From Folioceros fuciformis (lineage: Eukaryota), in contig JBNGIO010004602.1 of NCBI GenBank assembly GCA_049999805.1, positions 57,649 through 77,648 of the forward strand: 20,000 bases of DNA, written 5' to 3'. The stretch's first letter is position 1; each line of letters opens with the position of its first letter. Shown in pieces: positions 1 through 10,300 of the stretch. The notes beneath the pieces are model-generated. The model was not told where the DNA came from, did not search any database, and worked only from the letters and a program-made list of their open reading frames with translations. A program made the position numbers and the translations under genes.

Positions 1-10
1 ACTTAAGGAG

Positions 11-250
11 GTTTCTCTTGAGGAGAGGAGATTTCCCTTGAGGAGAGAAGATTTCTCTTGAGGAGAGGAGATTTCTCTTGAGGAGACTTCTCGTGAGAAG
101 ACTTCTCTTGAGGAGACTTCTCGTGAGGAAACTTCTCTTGAGGAGACTTCTCGTGAAAAGACTTCTCTTGAGGAGACTTCTCGTGAGGAAACTTCTCTTG
201 AGGAGACTTCTCTTGAGTAGATTTCTCTTGAGGAGATTTCTCTTGAGGAA
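11..250. repeat. Minisatellite with core (T)CTCKTGAGGAGA; 20-bp period at ~11-80, then 15-bp period at ~75-250
   Basis: Directly visible: about 3 units of ATTTCTCTTGAGGAGAGGAG (20 bp), then about 11-12 units of CTTCTCTTGAGGAGA / CTTCTCGTGAGRARA (15 bp). It lies at the window edge. Confidence 0.95.
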
Positions 251-582
251 ATTTTTTTGTTAGTCAGCTCGGGCTGTGTCCCCTAGCGGATCCCGACTCT
301 GACCTAGCTGTTGACTCTGGCGTGGCGGTCGAGAAGGGAGCCATCATCGACCCTTACATTGCGGCCATGGCAGATGGAATTATTTTCATGCGCTACAGCG
401 AGGTAGTGTAGATTAGTGATTCGTTGTTGGAAAATGTTGGAGTGTGGTATGGAGGGAGGTGAGTGCAAATTCGGGCCCACAGGTGACCACGGGATCAGGA
501 GGAAGAAGCCTATATCATTCCTTGAAGGGAAAGAGGCGAAGACTATAGACGACCGTAGGAAAGGGACCAGGTCAGTAGTGGA

Positions 583-1450
583 GGGGACGGAGCATCGTGT
601 AGTGGCCGACCTGCAAGCTGGTTCTAGGATCAAGGCTGCTTTCCAGAAAGCGCAAAGCCGTAAAGGGAAGAAATCAATAACAAAATGGGACGGAGACGGG
701 ATCAACTCGGACTTGCTCAACGCGTTTTAAAGGAGGATAATGTGGGTGTCGGCAGCGAAGCAGTAGCGAATTCGTGAGCTTGCCATGAAGAGAGGAAAGG
801 CATCTTCGTTCTCTGCGACGACTTATGGCCCCGTCTTCATCAGATGACTCTTGCGCCTGATTCGTCTTTTCTGCTTATCACTGGAATTCGGAACGGGGCA
901 TCGTATAGTGGCCCCCTCTGTTTGCGGGTTCTGGGACCAGGGTTGCGTTTCAGAAAGGGCAACGCTGCAAAGGGAAGATACCATTAACAAAATGGGACGA
1001 AGACGGCATCAACTCGGACGCGTTGTGGAGGAGGATAATGTGGGTGTCAGCAATGACGCTGTAGCGAATGCGTGAGCTTGCCATGAAGAGTGGAGAGGGA
1101 TCTTCGTTCTCTGCATCGACCTATGGCCCTGTCTTCCATCATCTCTCTCTCCTGGTTCGTCTTTTCTACTTGATACTGGAATTAGCGACGGAGCATCTTG
1201 TAATGGCCCCCTCTGCATGGTGGCTCTAAGACTAGGGTTGCTTTTCGGAAAGGGGACTGCGTGAACACGAAGGAAACTCACAAAATGAGACGAAGACGGG
1301 ATCAACTCGGACTTGTACAACGCGATTTGGAGGAGGATAATGTTGGGGTGTCAGCAGTGAAAGGGATCTTTGTTCTCTGCATCGACCTATGACCCTGTCT
1401 CATGTCTCTCGCCGACTTCGACTTCTCTACTTGTTAGTAGAATTCGCCAG
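583..1450. repeat. Three diverged ~300-bp tandem repeat copies (~583-889, ~890-1184, ~1185-1450)
   Basis: Shared blocks recur in the same order in all copies: GCATCKTRTARTGGCC, ACAAAATGRGACGRAGACGGSATCAACTCGGAC (~680, ~987, ~1280), GGAGGATAATGT..GGGTGTC and ATCTTYGTTCTCTGC..CGACYTATG. Copy 2 lacks 9 nt (TTGCTCAAC) and copy 3 has a larger internal deletion. Confidence 0.9.
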
Positions 1451-1987
1451 CAAGGAAGAGTGGAGACTGGTTAGGCAGTCCATTCCCAGTTCCTACAATC
1501 CGGTCTGATTGCACCCAGACTGCGTCGTGAGAAGGACGGACAATTGTCACAATAGATGTTCCGACATCAGGATGCACAACGGGCACTTTATGCTACGCCA
1601 AGTGGAGATCATTTAACAAAGATCGCACTGGTCTGTGCAATTCTTTAACATATTTGGAAGAACAGCACCATCACCAGAAATTGAAACCCGAGGATGCGTG
1701 GGATGGCAAATCCTTGAAATAGAACACAGCGGGAGAAAGCGCCATTTCGGAAGATTGGTGATTGATCGGAGATTTACTACCCTAAACTGGGCACAAACAT
1801 TTTTCTGACATTTTTCTCAACGTCTGAATCAGATCAAATCACATCCTTTTACGGTGCTTGCATGACTTAAGACTTCGCTTCAGTACGACTGCGCTTATCC
1901 CAATCCGGAATCTTGGCGGAGAAGAGAGACCAACACATCTTCAGAGCCTGGTAACGCAAAATGTCGTAAGAAAATCTGGCTCAGAAG

Positions 1988-2053
1988 GCCAATCTCAATC
2001 AAAGAAAGCCAATCTCAATCAGTAGACCAAGACAGGTTTTTCAAGACAGTTTT
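1988..2053. repeat. Two adjacent short tandem duplications
   Basis: GCCAATCTCAATCA at 1988-2001 and 2008-2021; CAAGACAG(G)TTTT at 2028-2040 and 2042-2053. Confidence 0.7.
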
Positions 2054-2669
2054 CGCACAACTTTCTTCTGCTCGAGGGCAGAAACTTCTTGCAGGCGTTA
2101 TTCAAGATGGAAAAACAAGAACATGAGTATGTCCAGAAGGTCCTAAAACTATTCTCACTGGAGGTCGTATGAATGCAATTAATGGGCATGCTCAAGACTT
2201 CGAGTTCATCAAATTACTTACACAACTAAGTGTCTCTGTCGAATGGTATTAAAGAATGAATTATCAAGCCAATATGCACAGCCGTTCCCTGCCTTCCTCA
2301 CCCACCTGTTTCCTACATTTGTAGATGCAAGGCTAATCTTGCATCTGATGAGACTTCGAAAGTTCCAGTTCGACCTCAAATCCACAGATGTAAGGGTAGT
2401 ACTGCATCTGGATGCCCCACATCCATACATGCTCTTGCGTATTTATACATCCGACCGGCCACCTTATTGCATCCGACCACCTTCCCAAATGGACTGGGTG
2501 CCGTGAATCAGAATGGTTCATATGGTTGTCCACTCTTTCCACGCCCTTCTGCAATGCCAGCCTGAAACTTGCCCATAGGTCATCCATTCCGGTAGCAGAA
2601 AAGATGTTGGAGCTTAGCTGAGGTCAACTGTACCACGGCTGGCCACCAGTGAACTTTAGTGCAGTTGGA

Positions 2670-5098
2670 CTAGTAAGCCGTGTAACCGTTAAGGCTGTTC
2701 TCATTGCCGCTTCCTTCCGCATAGTATGTCAAGTACCACTTCACGAAATGCTTCAACCCAGTTTCCAGATCTGTTGTGGGGTGATATCTGCAGACAAAGA
2801 GGCAGAGTTAGATGAGAACACACATGTGCAAATGGAGGGAACATAGGCAGGTTTGGAAAAGGAGGCAAACACAAATTTCACACACCCAAGCGCCTTCTTT
2901 GCTCTCGTGATATTTGCGTGTGTGTACATCACATCGCCTGTGCTAGGCATCGGAACAATACTGCAAGACAGAAACGCACACGCGATCAGAAACAGTGACT
3001 GAGGTGTTTGAAGACACGAAAACATCACGTTGCATGGTGTTCAATGAAAACTCACTTCCGGATAGCCTTCTTCTTCAGATGCTTCTCAAGGATGCTCACA
3101 AAGTTTCCAACCGTGACAGGTTGTGTGTTCCCGAGGTTGAAAACTCTGAACTGAGCCTTCCCCTTCTTCTTTCCACCACTTCCAGTACTGGGCAAAGCTG
3201 TGTCCAATGATCCCACACAGCCTTTCACCACGTCGTCAATGAACGTGAAATCCCGAGCCAACTCCTCTCCGTTGTGTCCTTGAAAGATCTTAACAGGCTG
3301 CGGGAGGACAAAGACGAGTCAGCGCGAGGACAAAGACGAGTCAGTTGACAGACAGAGCCAGCGTGACATCAGCACAACCATTGTCGCGAACATACCCTTC
3401 CTTCCTTGATGTTCCGCGTGAAGGAAAAATACGCCATGTCTGGTCGTCCCCATGGACCATATACAGTGAAGAACCTGCCGGAAGACGCATTACAGTTGCT
3501 TAATACAAACATGAACTAGGAGAGTCAAACTAGAGGAGTCCGACATCCTGTAGTCTCAAGGCAGACATAATTCTCGACCAGCCTAGAGAAGAATGGTGAC
3601 CTTAGGGCAGTGATGGAGAGACCATAGATGTGGTTGTAGGTGTGACCTATAGCTTCATCTGCTTTCTGCACGAGCTCAAGCAGAAGCATACATTGGCACA
3701 TAAGCCGACAGCCAGTTCCGCGTTCAGTCAGCATTCACAATTGCCGAGATGCTTACCTTAGTTGCAGCGTAAAGGCTGGCAGGCTGATCAGTTCGATCGT
3801 CTTCAGAGAAAGGAATCTACAGGACACGGGCCGCCGTTCGTCAGGCAGGAGACACTTGAAAATTGATGGAATCCAATGATGGGCCGAAGGACGTAGACGA
3901 AACATGACAGTCGGCATACCTTGCTATTAAGCCCATACACGCTGCTGGACGACGCATAGACGATTGCAGGCTGCGGATTAGCTTTCTGCAGGAGAAAGTA
4001 AAGGGAGATGAGCTCGGGGTTCATCCCATGGAAGCACGAACCTCAACGGAAAGGCTGTTGGCCTCACCTTGCACTGTTCAAGAAGCGTGACAAACCCCGC
4101 GACATTGCTGGCAACATAGGCCATAGGGTTCTTCGTAGCATACCGTACTCCAGCCTGCGTGCCACACAGCATCGTCATGACGAGACACGCCAGAAAGCCC
4201 GGAAGGAGGAAAGGGAAGACTGCCTAGCACTCCTAACAGTACCTGGGCGGCCAGATGCAGAACATGTGTGAAGGTCACGACATCGAAGAGCCTGGCAAGC
4301 AGTTCCTCGTCATTCAGGTCGCCCTCCGCAATGAACCTGTTACCCGGACAGGAGGATGAGCGACAGCAGGACAAGGCCCAGGAATTGCAACAGAACCGCT
4401 GCACAGAAGTACGGTGCTCCTGAGACCAGGGAGCAGGACTCACACTCCGGCCTTTTCGAGATTCGCAGCGCGAGCTCTCTTGAGGGCAACAGGGTAGTAA
4501 TCATTGAAGTTGTCCAAGCCCACAACACCATCGCCCCGCTTCTTGAGAGCCAGGGAGACATGCGACCCGACGAAACCTGCAGCCCCGGTAACGAGAACCA
4601 CCAACTTGCCAGTCTCCTGCGGACAGAAACCATGAGCGAATCCCCACAATAGAAGGCAAACCGCCAGCTTCAAGCTAGCAAAGAGAGAGTAGCAGGGTGC
4701 GCAGCGCTGCGAACACACCTCACGTTGCGCAGACCTCCTCACATCCTTCTCCCAGGACAAGCTGTGACAGCTGCTGAGGTCCGAGAAGCTCCTGGTTGTG
4801 ACACCACCCGGAGTTCGCAGCAGGAATCCCACAGCCCTGTCCCACAAGAAACATTCAATCAGCCTCGGCCCGAAACCAAGGACCATCCAGCGGGATGAAG
4901 CGACAGCACAGAGAGTGACAGAGATCCTCACGTGATGACCAGAAACGTGAAGAGGCAGCAGGTCCTAATCAGACCCATGTCTCGCCACACCGCCCTGCTG
5001 AAGTAGTAGTAGCTGCTGGCGCGCACCTTCTGGTTCCCGTCCGAGTCTAGCAGCTTCACCAGCTGCGTGGGCAGCACACCTGCCTTCCCCGACGCCAT
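2670..5098 (-). CDS. GAE: UDP-D-glucuronate 4-epimerase (Golgi type II membrane extended SDR), 12 exons, ~447 aa
   Basis: Hand-spliced exons: 5098-4932, 4836-4719, 4616-4444, 4336-4243, 4154-4068, 3985-3920, 3816-3757, 3665-3601, 3474-3396, 3297-3056, 2960-2886, 2787-2670 (1344 nt; all introns GT-AG, phases consistent). Motifs: N-terminal TM ([15 protein letters not shown]), [13 protein letters not shown] (GxxGxxG), [28 protein letters not shown], catalytic SLYAATKKA (YxxxK), [40 protein letters not shown]. These are typical of plant GAE. Confidence 0.96.
3304..3344 (-). repeat. 19-bp tandem duplication in GAE intron 9 covering a branch-like site and pyrimidine tract
   Basis: GAGGACAAAGACGAGTCAG at 3304-3322 and 3326-3344. 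On the gene strand this is CTGACTCGTCTTTGTCCTC twice, just before the CCGCAG acceptor. Confidence 0.85.
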
Positions 5099-5222
5099 GC
5101 CTGCCCAGAACCTCCTAGTCTTCCGCACCGTCTTCCTGTCCAGCTGATCAGACAGCAGCAGCCGCCTCCAACTAATTTCTTGGCGCGGGAAGCGATCCAG
5201 CGGGAACGGCAAAATGCCCGCC

Positions 5223-5343
5223 TCAGCGGCTCGCCATGCAGGCTACAGCTTCAGTGGATTCCTTCCTTCCAGCCCGCCGGCTGCTGCTCTCCATCCAGTC
5301 ACAACAGCAGCAGCGTACTATCTCCCGTAAACTCCACTGCCAT
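5223..5343 (-). promoter_or_regulatory. Two tandem candidate uORFs upstream of GAE
   Basis: 5343-5299 MAVEFTGDSTLLLL* and 5294-5223 MESSSRRAGRKESTEAVACMASR*, 4 nt apart and ending 124 nt before the GAE ATG. Whether they are inside the mRNA is inferred. Confidence 0.35.
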
Positions 5344-5583
5344 CACCTCCGTTCAGCACTCCTCCCGCTGTCCTTCCACAAATCCGCAGGAAAGCCGAGG
5401 CGATTTTCAGAGCTCTTAACACCTAGCACGTGGAGCTTATGTATGTATACAAATCCACAAATCTCCAACCAAACAGTTCTTCTTGGGGCTACCTGCTGGT
5501 CCAGAGATTCCCAAACCGAAGCCAAGCACCCCACAAACCCACGACACGCAAGCTCTGTTTTAGTTCCTTTTTCACGGAGAAGT

Positions 5584-5624
5584 AGCAATGCAATGCGATG
5601 CAGCGCGCAGCAATGCAATGCAAT
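5584..5624. repeat. Interrupted (GCAAT)n microsatellite
   Basis: AGCAATGCAATGCGATGCAGCGCGCAGCAATGCAATGCAAT. Confidence 0.7.
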
Positions 5625-6780
5625 ACAACGCCCCCGCAGCAGCTCAGCCAAAGGCTGTCAACCCACCACGAGAAAAACCAGACCAGCACCACCCGCCAGG
5701 CAAGCAAGCACCCGGAATCCACAAACTCAGTTCGCCAACAAGCTACCAAGCATCACCAAATGGCTTGGCTGGCGATGGGATAACGCGAAGGAGGCCTAAA
5801 CTAGCTGATCTATGACACGACACAGCAGCAGCAGTGGGCAGGAAAGGCGAGGCAGACGCTCGGCTAATAGGTGCCGAGGTTTGGCAAGATGGGTCAGCGG
5901 CTCCCCTGCTTTCCCACCACCTGCAGCTGCTGGCTGCTCCTTGCTCTTTCACCTCTTCGCTTGTCAACTGGCGGGCGACAGAAGGCAGGCAGGCTAAGGC
6001 AAAACCACCCGGCCGGCTGCCACCCCCCTTAAATCACACCCGCAGGGGCAGAGGCAGAGAGAGGCAGGCAAGCAGGCCAGACCAGGCCAGCCCAAAGGGC
6101 CAGATGCAGACTCAGAGAGAGACGGTCCAGGGCAGGGCGGCTCCCGCCCCGAGCCCCGAGCATTGCTCCAGCCTGCCAGCCCCGTCCCTCCTTCTCGGAA
6201 CCTTCCTTCCCGCGGGATTAGCATTGTACCGTCCGGCCCGGGAGGCCCTCGGGCTCCTAATAATAACACCCCTCACATCACAGCCAGGCACACTATAATC
6301 CGTGTGACAGAAGCAGAAGCAGGAGCAGAATCCGCAGCCGCAGCCGCACTCGTGTTGATCATGTCAGCTCAGGACGCGGATCATCACAAGACAATCATGT
6401 AGCATCTTACAACAATGGCATAACAAATCAGCCAAGAGATGACACAACAAATCACACCATGAAATACCAGCCCCGAGACTGTTGAGATTAAAAGAAAGGG
6501 GCAGTAGAGCAGATTGACGAGAGCAACTGTAACTGGCTGGAGGGCCCGGCTGGCGTGCAGGTAGAGAGAGAGACTTGCCAGCCAATAGGCCTGCCATGCT
6601 GCCATGGGGAGGCATCACATCACACTGGCATGCGAGCATGATGCCAGCAAACTCGGGCCTGTACTTGCGTATGAAAGAATTTGCCCTTGTTCTTAAGAGC
6701 TCTTGCCCTTGTCTTTGCTTTGCTGTACAAATCCGGTGGTTGGTCCGGCTAATTGTTCCACTTTACGGTCCATGGGAAAT

Positions 6781-6798
6781 GACCAATCAGCCGCCCCC
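6781..6798. promoter_or_regulatory. CCAAT box next to a GC-box-like motif
   Basis: GACCAATCAGCCGCCCCC contains an NF-Y-type CCAATCAG followed by CCGCCC. Motif match only. Confidence 0.25.
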
Positions 6799-7023
6799 AT
6801 CAAAAGGAAGGGCGGACGGGAAGGGAAGCACAGGCTGGAAGATGGGTCTGGAATAATTGGCATCACGGCACTAGGAGTGCGTTGGGCGGGGAGGGATGAA
6901 TAGGGTCTCCCGAACTCCTCGTCCGCGACTCTCAGAATAGCAAGGGACGGGCGGGTCATGGGGAGCATCTTCTTGTTCCTATGTGTGTGTGGCCATGGCA
7001 GCCGGAGGCGGAGCCGGAGGTGG

Positions 7024-7047
7024 ACTCGTACTCGTACTCGTACTCGG
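7024..7047. repeat. (ACTCGT)4 hexamer microsatellite
   Basis: ACTCGT ACTCGT ACTCGT ACTCGG. Confidence 0.8.
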
Positions 7048-7327
7048 ACCTGGACGTTATACACATGGGTGTAGTGTACTGCGTAGACTAGACCGGAATT
7101 GATTGGAATTCGGTGCGGGAGACGGTCTGCTAAGCATGGTCCGTGGATCTGGATCTGTGTGCTGATTGGGGTTTCCGAGGTGTACAGCACTGATTTCCAT
7201 GCTGGAAGACCAGACCCGTGCGCACTGCGGTGAGGCTAGCACTTGTAACAGGGGGTGGGGGAACGGGGCGATGGCACCTTGTTCAAGCAAAGGAGGCTGG
7301 AGGCTGGAGACTGGACGGAATTGGTAC

Positions 7328-7392
7328 ACAAAACACATTCCAAGAAGTCTGCAACCAGCTTACAAAATGCATTCCAAGTCTCCAACCAGCCT
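7328..7392. repeat. Imperfect ~34-bp tandem duplication
   Basis: ACAAAACACATTCCAAGAAGTCTGCAACCAGCTT followed by ACAAAATGCATTCCAAGTCTCCAACCAGCCT. Confidence 0.75.
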
Positions 7393-10300
7393 GCAAGCTT
7401 CTTCGAAGCGTGAAAGACGGGACGGGGGGTTCGGGTTTGAAAACCCCTTACCCGGGGTGTGTGACAGAGGAGGAATCGAGGATTGAGGATGGCGATGAAG
7501 GTGGGGTTCCAAAAGGCGCGTACGGCCACGCCAGATGTGTACACTGGTACCAACACACAACAGCCGGGTCCAGTCCAGTTCTCCAGTCCACTGCAGGCTC
7601 CAGTGCAGTCTGCAGGGCAGGACTGCAGGTTTCTCTGGCAGAAGACAAGCCCTTTCGTCTGCGCCACGGCTGGATGGGAATCGTGCAGTCGAAGGATGTA
7701 GAGGAAGGAATCGGATGGGATCGAGGTATGCTTCGGCTTCCCATAGAGTGACAGCGATCGGCGGGTGGATCCTTTACTGCACAGGCTCCAGCCGTCTCGT
7801 GTAAGAAGGTTGGCAGGTCACACGTTAACCGCTGGGGCTCCTTATAGCATGGCCATGGCCGGGCCACACGCGTGCGAGTGTACTTGCTGGTGAGGGAGCT
7901 AAGACATTGAATAGGGTGGGCATATGCAGGATGAGGATGCAGGACGGGCCTGCCATGTGGCCACCGCCATGGCGTCGCTTTGCATTCATAGCAGGAGGCA
8001 GAGAGGGAAAGCCAGAGGATGCCAGGGTCTGGGACACATTTCTCATTTTTTCCTCTTCTTCTTCTCAACCCCTTTTTCCTAGCCAGGTGGACCCAGCTAT
8101 ACGAGAGAACTACCCCTACATCAAGCCCTACACTCCATGGTGCCGTTCGTTGGAAACAAACATGAATCCATACTAAACTCCATGATGCCTTCTCTTCGAA
8201 GCAAGCACAAAAGTCCATGTGCCCTGTGCTTCAAGCAATGTTGGAAAGGAAAGGGCTGTGACGAGCATAAACAAAAGGCTCCAAAGCGCATATTCTGCAA
8301 GTGGGCGACAAGGATGGTCGACTGTGGTGTGTGAGGACGAATTCTCGTGTGCCAGATCCGATGGTCCTGCCATTGACTGTGTGCCATTAATACTCACTCA
8401 CTCACCCACGCTTATGCTTGGGGTGGGAATCATGCAGCAGATTTGGTTACCACGGTGGACATAGATAGGGACCTGTTTCCAACTTCCTAGCCAGGTTAGC
8501 AGCTCACATGCCCCCCACCAACTCCCTCCATGGGTGGATGAGGTGGTGATGGGCATTGGGGGCCGCTCGCCATCACACTCGTGCCCCTTGTCCGAGATCT
8601 ATGTTGGGTCGCATGTGGGGCCTCCGCCCTCCCCCTCTTCTCTCCTCCCGTCCACCATCTCGGCTCGCAGTGGGAGGAGACAGACATGTGGAAGCTGTCT
8701 CGGTTGCTGGCTCTTGAACGTAACACGTGGATGGCCTGAACGCGGTTTAGCCTGGAGCTGGTTCAGTGAAAGCAAGTTGCTCAGATCCCGAAGTTCCGCT
8801 GCCCTGGAGAGCCTCACAGTGTGTGAGTTGTGTGTTTTAATATTCCGCCGCGGATGCAAGGACCCGGAAGTGGTGGAAGCAGGGAGCCGCACGACACGAC
8901 CCCGCGTACTTGGTGTACCTTTCTACCCGTTTCCTGTCTCGGGGGCGTCCATGCGCAGGGAGCGCAGGGCCCCGGGCTGTGCAAGATTGAATTTCAAGGG
9001 AAGCCTGACCCCTGGGAGGGACGGATGCGTAGTGCGTACCCAAGAGAAAAGATGGGGAAAAATCGTTAACAACAAAATTCACGTAAATGTTGTCCTTGCA
9101 CTCACCCTGCCGAGATTGCTTGGCTTGGAAGCTGGAAGCGCAGGACGCATTGGGGGCCCCATCCGGTGATCCATGGGCTCCACCTTTGCAAAAGCGAGGC
9201 AATGTGATGTGGGCCACTTCTGCCAGCCTTTGCGTCTTACACGTCACACCAACACCACCAACATCTTGTCGTCACGCTCCACCAACGGGGCGCTCACGTT
9301 GACAGCCAAGCAATTGTAGGCAGCATAGGATTCCTGGGGATCCATCCGACGGCACAACGGAACGGTCTGGTGTGCACTGTGCACTCACGCCCCTGTTGCA
9401 CATGGCAGAGCCCAGCGGCTCATACCTGCTTCCACTGATTGGAGAGGGGAGGGACTCATGGGAGCAGGCAGTCAGAACTGCACATCACAACGGTTTGCAG
9501 TTGCTGTCCATTTGCCTTGCTGTGTTGAGTTGCATGTCTTCTCCGACTCCCTATGGCACTACTCCAACATGCTACAGCAGCAGCAATTAAGCCGCAAGCT
9601 TAAATGTGGCAGCGGGCTTGGCTTTCGTCATGCCATCCACGAAAATTCAAAGATAACGTTCTGCACCATTAGACCTCCCAGATCCCACCTCCACAGGTAC
9701 GTCACACAACAGGGCAGAGCGAGCTGGACGTGACCGGATGTGGCAGTTATGTGGGTTCCTGTGCTGCTGGCACCAGGCTGGTGGGGCAAAAAGTAGAAAG
9801 CCAGAAAAGCAGGAGGAGGAGCAGCACACAAGCACACTCATTGATTGGGATTAGCGCTTCCATGGATTTGCGGTGTTAATGATTGCTCCAAGGCTAGCAT
9901 GGATTTGGTACGGGGGACAGGGGCAAGGAAGGCCAGGGAGGACTTGTGTCTCCGATCAATGCTCGTCACCGACAGTTGCGACTGTATAAGTTTGACGCCA
10001 AAGTTACCTGAATCTGATTGGAGAGTGTGTGGAGGGCATTCACTCTCCTGCGCGGCAAGGGGACCCGGAAGCATGCGGTAAAGTACTGCCGGAGCACCAA
10101 TGCAGGTGAGACACGAAAGCTATTTGATGACCTTTTTCCCTCCCATCGTCTCCAGAGAAGAGATAAAACTGCAGGGGGCCTTTGCTCAAGCCAGCTCCAG
10201 ACACAACGAGGTCGGCAACCGTCGGTGGAGTTGAAAAATATTAAAACTGCTGGGACACACACCACACGCGTGTGAAAGCTGACAGGCATCTGGCAGAAAT

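Noticed and set aside
11..250. CRISPR-like array
   Set aside because: The units are contiguous with no unique spacers, there are no cas genes, and the context is eukaryotic.
78..263. 61-aa Arg/Leu ORF (RRLLL repeats)
   Set aside because: It is a translation of the 15-bp minisatellite and starts at TTG, with no independent coding evidence.
255..320. H/ACA snoRNA (hairpin followed by ACA on the minus strand)
   Set aside because: No proper ANANNA H box or second hairpin was found.
790..850. Hammerhead ribozyme / retrozyme in the 300-bp repeats (CTGATGA on the minus strand at 837-843)
   Set aside because: No GAAA closes a stem II, and CTGATGA is absent from the other two copies. The CTGATGA near 18670 also lacks the core.
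1450..1760. Faint Ty3/gypsy RT-like peptide (LQSGLIAP..REKDGQL)
   Set aside because: Too short, interrupted by stops, and lacking the downstream DYR and YxDD motifs.
2218..2621. Several 70-87 aa ORFs
   Set aside because: They lie just downstream of the GAE stop in the probable 3' UTR and have no recognisable motifs.
7218..9247. Long ORFs 7218-7751 (+), 7448-8218 (-), 8534-9169 (+) and 8837-9247 (-)
   Set aside because: They overlap on opposite strands, have the W/C/R/P-rich composition of random GC-rich translation, and show no domain motifs.
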